Assembly: GCA_009692705.1 (NCBI GenBank)
Contig: SHYR01000002.1
Span: forward strand, 20,568 to 84,567
From: Dehalococcoidia bacterium
GTDB taxonomy: Bacteria; Chloroflexota; Dehalococcoidia; UBA2979
Length of the DNA: 64,000 nucleotides
Direction: 5' to 3'
Positions 56,804 to 64,000 of the stretch are shown piece after piece (position 1 is the stretch's first letter; the number at the start of each line of letters is the position of its first letter). A program made the translations under genes and the position numbers. A model generated the notes under the pieces. The model searched no databases. It was not told the DNA's origin and saw nothing but the letters and a program-made list of their open reading frames with translations.

Positions 56804-58159
56804 CTAGCCGCCCCGTGGCGGCGCGCCCAGCGCCTCCGCGAGCGGGCTGAACTTCAACTCCACCTCGGCCAGCTCCGCCGCCGGATCAGAGTCTCCCATA
56901 ATACCGTTCCCGGCGAACAGCCACGCCCGCTCCCCGCGCACCAGCGCGGCGCGCAGGCCGACCGCGAACTCCCCCTCGCCGGCGGCGTCCAGCCAGCCAA
57001 TCGGCCCGGCGTACCAGCCGCGGTCGAAGGTTTCGTGCGCGGCGATCACGCGCCGCGCGGCATCCGTCGGCCAGCCGCAGACCGCGGGCGTGGGGTGGAG
57101 GCGCTGCACTAGGTCGAGCACGTCGACGCCCGGCCGCGCGCGTCCCGCGATCTCCGTCGCCAGGTGCTGGATGTTGCGCAGCCGCCGTAGCCGCGGCTGG
57201 TTCGGCGCGCGCAGCGCGCTGGTGAGCTCCGCCAGCCCCTCGCGGATGGCGCGCACCACCGTCTCGTGCTCGATGCGGTTCTTCGCGCTCTCCAGCAGCT
57301 CGCGGCCCAGCTGCTCGTCCTCCGCCTCGGTCGTGCCGCGTCGCGCGGAGCCGGCGAGTCCGAGCGCGTTGACCGCGCCGTGATCGAGGGCGACCAGCAG
57401 CTCCGGACTCGCGCCGAGGAACGTGGCATCGCCGGCTGTGAAGCTGAAGAGGTGGCAGTGCGGGTAGTCGTGCCGCAAGCGCGTCAGCGCCGCGCCGACG
57501 TCCACCGGTCCCTCGCCGCCGAGCTCGATCGAGGTGGCGAGCACCGCCTTCTCGTACAGGCCGTCGCGCACTTCAGAGGCGATCGTCGCCACGCTCGTGA
57601 GCCAGCGCGCGCGGTCCACGCCGCTCAGCACCGTGAGCGGTCTGGCGGCGGTGGAGCGCCGCGGGGGCCGCTCGAGCGCTGCCAGCAACTGCTGCAGCTC
57701 GCCCTCGCCGGCGCCCGGCGCGAGCACCACGCCCGTCACCCCGCGGTCACGTATGAAGAGCAGCCGCGGCAGCAGCAGCGCTCCCGCGCCGAAGCCATCC
57801 CACGGCGCGGCTGGCGTGTGGTCGGAACGGAAGGCGGCGGCGGCCAGCAGCCGCGGCCGCAGCTCGGGGGCGTCGGTCGCGAGCTCGTGCCCGAGCAGCC
57901 GTCGCACCGCCGGGCGCGCCGCGTGCAGCCCCCCCGGGGGCGCGGGCACGAGCTCGCAGGCGCCCACGGCCACCAGCGCGCGGCCGCGGTCGGGCCGCTC
58001 GTAGGAGGCGAGCACGCCGTGCGCGGCGGGGTCGTCCAGCAGCGAGATCGGGTCCCACGCGCCGGGGAGCCGGATGCCGAGGAAGCGGTCCTGACCCGCC
58101 TCCCGCAGCCGCTCGCGGATGCGGAAGGAGAGGGCCACGGTGGTGTGGTCGACGGCCAC
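56804..58159 (-). CDS. menF: Isochorismate synthase
   Basis: Chorismate-binding C-terminus: …LHPTPAVCGWP…FDRGWYAGPIGW…GEFAVGLRAAL…AGNGIMGDSDP. Confidence 0.85.
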   Translation of the reverse strand: MAVDHTTVALSFRIRERLREAGQDRFLGIRLPGAWDPISLLDDPAAHGVLASYERPDRGRALVAVGACELVPAPPGGLHAARPAVRRLLGHELATDAPELRPRLLAAAAFRSDHTPAAPWDGFGAGALLLPRLLFIRDRGVTGVVLAPGAGEGELQQLLAALERPPRRSTAARPLTVLSGVDRARWLTSVATIASEVRDGLYEKAVLATSIELGGEGPVDVGAALTRLRHDYPHCHLFSFTAGDATFLGASPELLVALDHGAVNALGLAGSARRGTTEAEDEQLGRELLESAKNRIEHETVVRAIREGLAELTSALRAPNQPRLRRLRNIQHLATEIAGRARPGVDVLDLVQRLHPTPAVCGWPTDAARRVIAAHETFDRGWYAGPIGWLDAAGEGEFAVGLRAALVRGERAWLFAGNGIMGDSDPAAELAEVELKFSPLAEALGAPPRGG

Positions 58160-58307
58160 GGGCGGCTACCGCCCGCCCGCTGCGCGCGAGCCCGGCTGAG
58201 GGGACCGTGGAGCGAGCATGCTGCCCCTGCCGCCGCCGGGACACCTGGCGGTCCCGCGCGCGTTTAAGTATAGGAGTGGCTTCGCTTATGCGTCTGGAGG
58301 CCGGCCG

Positions 58308-59891
58308 CTAGCGGACGGTGATGCGGTGCTCCGTGGTGGGGGTACCGTCCCGCGTGCTGACGATCGTCACCGTGTCGTACTGCTGCTTGCCGGGGCCGAG
58401 GAAGTCGACGCACACATCGCCCTTCGAGAGCTGGTCGCAGCTGCGGATGCGCGCCAGGTTGGGATCGGCGGCGGGCCCGGTGTTGAGCGTGAACACGCGG
58501 CTGGGCCCAGAGACGTTTACCACGCCCACGATCGTGAACTGCAGCCGCCCGAAGTCGAACCCCAGCGCGAAGTAGTCGAACCCGATCTCCCACGCCGGCC
58601 AGCGGATGCCGCTGGCGAGCGGGCCGATCCCGGCCGGTGAGCAGCCCTTCGGGTTGCAGGCGCTGAGCGAGGTCTGGTGCACGTCGTTCACGAACACACG
58701 CGTGGCGGTGGCCAGCCCCTGCGTGTCCGGCGTGAACTGCAAGTCAATCGGCACCAGCGGCCGCGAGCCGTCGAAGCAGCGCTGCGCCGTTGGGCTCCCG
58801 GGCGGGTAGCTGCAGAACTGGTAGGCGGTGGCGCCGTCCGAACCCTCCCAGCCGAGCTCCGCCGCGCCGCTCGCCCCCGGCAGGAAGGAGGCGAATGAGG
58901 GCGCGATCGCCGGCGGCCGCGTGGCCGCGCCCACCGTCACGCGCGTGGAGGCGGTTGCGCTGTGCAGCAACGGGTCCGTCGCGGTGACCTCGAACTGCAG
59001 CGGCTCGGCGGTCGCTGGCGCGATGAAGCTGACGCTCGCGCCGCTGCTGCTCAGGCTTACCGCCGGGCCGGCGGTCTGCCGCCACGTGTAGCTGACCGCT
59101 TGGCCCTCGGGGTCGGTCGCGCTCGCCGCCAGCGTGACCGTCGCGCCGGCCGTCACCGCGCGGTCCGCGCCGGCGCTGACCGTGGGCGCGCGATCGCGGC
59201 CGTACAGCTCCTGGAGCTTGGCGCGCTCGGCTGCCGAGGGCGCGGTGTGGCAGGTGGAGAGGTCGCTGGGGCTGAAGGACTCGAACATGAGGTCGCCGCG
59301 GGTGGTGCTGTGCCCGAAGCCCAGCACGTGCCCGATCTCGTGCGTGATCACAGATTGCAGGCACTGGTACGGGATGCCGGTGACCTGTTGCCCGTCCACG
59401 ATCACGTCGAACTCGGTGAAGTCACGACGCTCCGTGGGACCGAAGGCCGGGAACTCCTGCCAGCTGCCGCGGGCGATGGCCACGCGGCTGCCGCGCACGG
59501 CGTTGCGCTCGTCGTCGAAGCCGATTTCGTTGCGCCTGTTGCCGAACTCGTAGCGCGTGCCGGTGGAGCAATCGCCGTTGTAGCGCACGCCGGCGCCGGC
59601 CTCCGCCGCGTTCCAGGTCCTCGCGGCGTCCCGTGTCGCCTGCCGGAACTGCTCGGCGCTGAAGCTCGCGGTCCGGGGCGGCTGGAAGCTGCATATGTCG
59701 AGCGGCAGCTTGTCGGCGCGCCAGCGCCCCGGCGGCGGTCCGTCCACGTCGGTGAAGAACGCGATCACCAGCGGCAGCGGCCACGACCACAGCGGGCCGT
59801 CGAAGCGCCCGTCACGGTGCAGCTCGGGACCGTCGTCGTAGACCAGCGCGGGACCGTCCGCTCGCGCCGCACGCGCCGGAGCGAGCGCCAT
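58308..59891 (-). CDS. Secreted matrixin-like (M10, metzincin) zinc metalloprotease with Ig/PKD-like and further beta-rich C-terminal domains
   Basis: HEIGHVLGFGH (HExxHxxGxxH) with a downstream Met-turn (DLMF). The PKD-like segment is APTVSAGADRAVTAGATVTLAASATDPEGQAVSYTWRQ… The signal-peptide h-region (…ARWLAPLLLLAPLLFALL) lies upstream of the listed ATG, so the true start is upstream, possibly at 59984. Confidence 0.75.
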   Translation of the reverse strand: MALAPARAARADGPALVYDDGPELHRDGRFDGPLWSWPLPLVIAFFTDVDGPPPGRWRADKLPLDICSFQPPRTASFSAEQFRQATRDAARTWNAAEAGAGVRYNGDCSTGTRYEFGNRRNEIGFDDERNAVRGSRVAIARGSWQEFPAFGPTERRDFTEFDVIVDGQQVTGIPYQCLQSVITHEIGHVLGFGHSTTRGDLMFESFSPSDLSTCHTAPSAAERAKLQELYGRDRAPTVSAGADRAVTAGATVTLAASATDPEGQAVSYTWRQTAGPAVSLSSSGASVSFIAPATAEPLQFEVTATDPLLHSATASTRVTVGAATRPPAIAPSFASFLPGASGAAELGWEGSDGATAYQFCSYPPGSPTAQRCFDGSRPLVPIDLQFTPDTQGLATATRVFVNDVHQTSLSACNPKGCSPAGIGPLASGIRWPAWEIGFDYFALGFDFGRLQFTIVGVVNVSGPSRVFTLNTGPAADPNLARIRSCDQLSKGDVCVDFLGPGKQQYDTVTIVSTRDGTPTTEHRITVR

Positions 59892-60104
59892 CAGTAGCGC
59901 GAACAGCAGCGGCGCGAGCAGCAGCGGCGCGAGCCAGCGCGCGAGCGCCGGCCGGCGCGCTGCGGTTCGACTGGTGGTGTGGATGCCCGTTCGTCCGTTC
60001 CCGTGCGCCGACGATACCCCCGTTACGATAACGGTGAGGCGGCGGATGCGTTGGGCGCAAGCGGCGCGCGCCGGGAGGGGTACGAGCGGACGGTGGCGCG
60101 GCGC

Positions 60105-61166
60105 TCAGGGCTGCGCGTAGACCATGATCGAGCGGCCGGCGATCTCCCCGCGCTCCAGCGCGCGCACGCCTTCGTTGATCTCGTCCAGCGAGCCGTAGCG
60201 CTTCGTCACCATCTTCTCGAGTGGCAGCGCCCCCTGGCGGTACCACTCGATGTACTGCGGGAAGTCCTCGATCGGGTGGCTAGAGCCACCCAGCGAGCCG
60301 ATCAGGTGGCGCTCGCCCATCGGGAACAGCTGCTGGGACAGCGTGATCGGCCGTTGCGAGATGCCGACGATCACAGCGGTGCCGCCGCGGCGCAGCCCCA
60401 GCACGCCGGAGCGCACCACCTCCACCACCTGGTGGGTGGTGACCTCCGCGCCGATCGCGTCGAAGGCGAAGTCCACGCCGCCGCCGGTGAGCTCCTTCAC
60501 CGCCGCCACGGCGTCGCCCTGCGTGGCGTTGACCGTGTCGGTCGCGCCGAACTCGCGCGCGAAGCGCAGCTTCTCCTCCAGCAGGTCGACCGCGATGATG
60601 CGGCTGGCGCCCGCGATCTTCGCGCCCGCGATCACGTTGATGCCCACGCCGCCCACCCCGAAGACCGCGACCGTCTGGCCGGGCTGCACCTTTGCGCTGC
60701 CGATCACCGCCCCCACGCCGGTGACGGTGGCGCAGCCGATGATGGCGGTGACGTCGGTGGGCACGTCCTTCGGCAGCGGCAGCACCAGCTGCTCGTGCGC
60801 CAGCAGGTGCTCCGCCCAGGTGTAGACGCCGGCTTCGTGCTCCTGTCCGCGCCAGCGGTAGGTGGAGGGACGCAGCGGCAGGCTCTCCGGCGTGGCGTCG
60901 CGCGGCACCCAGGTCACCATCACGCGGTCGCCTTCGTGCACATGGCGCACCTCGCGGCCGCGCCGCAGCACCACGCCCGTGGCCTCGTGCCCCAGCAGCT
61001 GCGGGTGACGGGCCTCCGGGTTGTGGATCTGGTGCAGCTGGGAGTGGCAGATGCCGGAGGCGTAGAGCTGGACCAGCACCTGGTCCGGCCGCGGGTCCGG
61101 CAACTCGATCTCCTCCACCACCAGCGGGCGGCCGTGCTCCGCCAGGACCGCGGCCCGTGTCTTCAT
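60105..61166 (-). CDS. Zinc-dependent alcohol dehydrogenase (MDR family)
   Basis: The ATG at 61166 follows GGAAGGAG. Zn ligand contexts GICHSQLH and GHEATGVV, and the NAD fold VAVFGVGGVGINV. Confidence 0.85.
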   Translation of the reverse strand: MKTRAAVLAEHGRPLVVEEIELPDPRPDQVLVQLYASGICHSQLHQIHNPEARHPQLLGHEATGVVLRRGREVRHVHEGDRVMVTWVPRDATPESLPLRPSTYRWRGQEHEAGVYTWAEHLLAHEQLVLPLPKDVPTDVTAIIGCATVTGVGAVIGSAKVQPGQTVAVFGVGGVGINVIAGAKIAGASRIIAVDLLEEKLRFAREFGATDTVNATQGDAVAAVKELTGGGVDFAFDAIGAEVTTHQVVEVVRSGVLGLRRGGTAVIVGISQRPITLSQQLFPMGERHLIGSLGGSSHPIEDFPQYIEWYRQGALPLEKMVTKRYGSLDEINEGVRALERGEIAGRSIMVYAQP

Positions 61167-61328
61167 CGTGCGCTCCTTCCCGCGCGGCGCCCCGCGCCGA
61201 CCGCGCCACGATACACGAGCGGCCGCAGCGCCGGGGCGCCCGCCGCCGAATCCCCGGCCGCCCGCCACAGCCCCGGCGCATCGGCTCGCGCCGCGCTGTG
61301 GCGGTGCGGCCGCGCGTGCGTGCCACGG

Positions 61329-61334
61329 TATAAT
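61329..61334 (+). promoter_or_regulatory. Perfect TATAAT hexamer ~48 nt upstream of the acyl/acetyl-CoA synthetase ATG
   Basis: Read directly. No convincing -35 element was found. Confidence 0.3.
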
Positions 61335-61381
61335 CCCGGCGCATGCTAGGCTCGGCTGGCGTTCAGGCAAGGGGTACCGAC

Positions 61382-63133
<1,752 letters not shown>

Positions 63134-63194
63134 TACGCCCCAGTCCGCGCACGCCTCGCAGGCGCGCGCGGACGCAAGTTCTGCCGGGGGGACG

Positions 63195-64000
63195 ATGACC
63201 GAGGACGTCCAGATTCATCGCGGCTTCAACGGGGTCTACTTCGACCGCACCCGCACGTCGTTCATCGACGGCCGGGAAGGCAAACTCCTCTACCGCGGCT
63301 ACAGCATCCACGACCTCGCCGAGCGCTCCACGTTCGAGGAGACCGCCTACCTGCTGCTGCACGGCGCGCTGCCGACGCGGGCGCAGCTCGCCGCCTTCGA
63401 CGCCGAGCTGAAGGCCGCGCGCGCGCTGCCCGCGCCGGTGATCGAGATCATCAGGCAGATCAGGCACGCCCATCCCATGGAGGTGCTGCGCACCGCCGTC
63501 TCCGCGCTCGGCGCCTTCGACCCGGAGGTGGCCGACATGTCCCCGCAGGCGACGCTGCGCAAGGGCGTGCGCGTCACCTCGCAGGCCGCCACCGCCGTCG
63601 CCGCGCACCACGCGCTCCGCAACGGCAAGCCGGTGCCGCAGCCCAGCAAGACGCTCTCGCACGCGGCGAACTTCCTCACCATGCTGCAGGGCAAGGAGCC
63701 CAGCGCCGACACCGCGGCGCTGATGGATAAGGACTTCGTGCTGCACGCCGAGCACGGCGCCAACGCCTCATCCTTCGCGGCACGCGTGGTCACCGGTACC
63801 GACGCCAACCTCCACGCCTCGCTTACCGCCGGCGTGGCGGCGCTCTCTGGTCCCGCGCACGGCGGCGCCGCCGAGAACGTGATGAAGATGGCGATGGAGA
63901 TCGGCGAGCCGGAGCGCGCCGCCGCCTACGTGAAGGCGCTGCGCGCCGACCGCCAGCCGGTGATGGGCTTCGGCCACCGCGTCTACCGCGCGGAGGACCC
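63195..64000 (+). CDS. Citrate synthase (type I, ~380-aa class), 5' part truncated by the window end
   Basis: Hand-translated from the ATG at 63195: …LLYRGYSIHDLAE…FEETAYLLLHGALP…LHAEHGANASSFAARV…SGPAHGGAAENV…MGFGHRVY… (catalytic His contexts). Confidence 0.85.
   Translation, partial: MTEDVQIHRGFNGVYFDRTRTSFIDGREGKLLYRGYSIHDLAERSTFEETAYLLLHGALPTRAQLAAFDAELKAARALPAPVIEIIRQIRHAHPMEVLRTAVSALGAFDPEVADMSPQATLRKGVRVTSQAATAVAAHHALRNGKPVPQPSKTLSHAANFLTMLQGKEPSADTAALMDKDFVLHAEHGANASSFAARVVTGTDANLHASLTAGVAALSGPAHGGAAENVMKMAMEIGEPERAAAYVKALRADRQPVMGFGHRVYRAED

Overview
This 64 kb window is very G+C-rich bacterial chromosome. Hand counts of typical coding lines give about 72% G+C. It is densely packed with housekeeping operons, and I see no CRISPR array, transposase, phage block or recognisable defence island. 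All calls come from reading the ORF translations and recognising family motifs; no database search was run.

Gene content that I can support:
- DinB-like genes, then an ECF sigma / RskA-type anti-sigma module and an AI-2E transporter.
- Fur-family regulator plus znuACB-like zinc uptake.
- GltD-like oxidoreductase, and HxlR followed by a two-gene hotdog hydratase pair.
- MFS transporter plus alanine dehydrogenase, an AlkA-like glycosylase, a split-type methylmalonyl-CoA mutase catalytic subunit and a MaoC gene.
- A complete sufR-sufCBD-Rieske-sufS-sufU-sufT cluster.
- An orphan Tat-type solute-binding protein, glcDEF glycolate oxidase and an IMPase-family gene.
- An operon of small low-GC gene / Lon-like protease / HAD hydrolase lying next to three tRNAs (Val-CAC, Leu-CAG, Arg-GCG).
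- TauE/TSUP exporter, uvrC, pcm, xerC/D, eno, one hypothetical, gap, ffh-rpsP-KH-rimM and tRNA-Ala(CGC).
- An APH-like kinase and a full menFDHBACE menaquinone operon that runs on into PHP and hotdog-pair genes.
- A secreted matrixin-like metalloprotease, a Zn-ADH, an acetyl-CoA-synthetase-like ligase and the 5' part of citrate synthase.

Gene order and composition suggest a Chloroflexota/Thermomicrobia-like or actinobacterial host. That is an inference only.

I found no convincing novel multi-gene system. Things worth a second look:
- An unusually high density of lesions in otherwise conserved genes. These are an in-frame TGA in the ECF sigma, an anti-sigma gene spread over up to three frames (the junction at 2770 is clear, a second shift near 3165 is inferred), a 1-nt loss inside a Walker A lysine codon, an in-frame TAG in pcm, and two genes with no canonical start codon.
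- An islet of about 54% G+C encoding a small membrane-anchored protein that is translationally coupled to the Lon-like protease.
- A 36-bp perfect palindrome and a cluster of GATC sites upstream of an AT-rich leader and a tiny Lys/Ala/Pro-rich ORF.
- A perfect 12-bp x3 tandem repeat that abuts a start codon.
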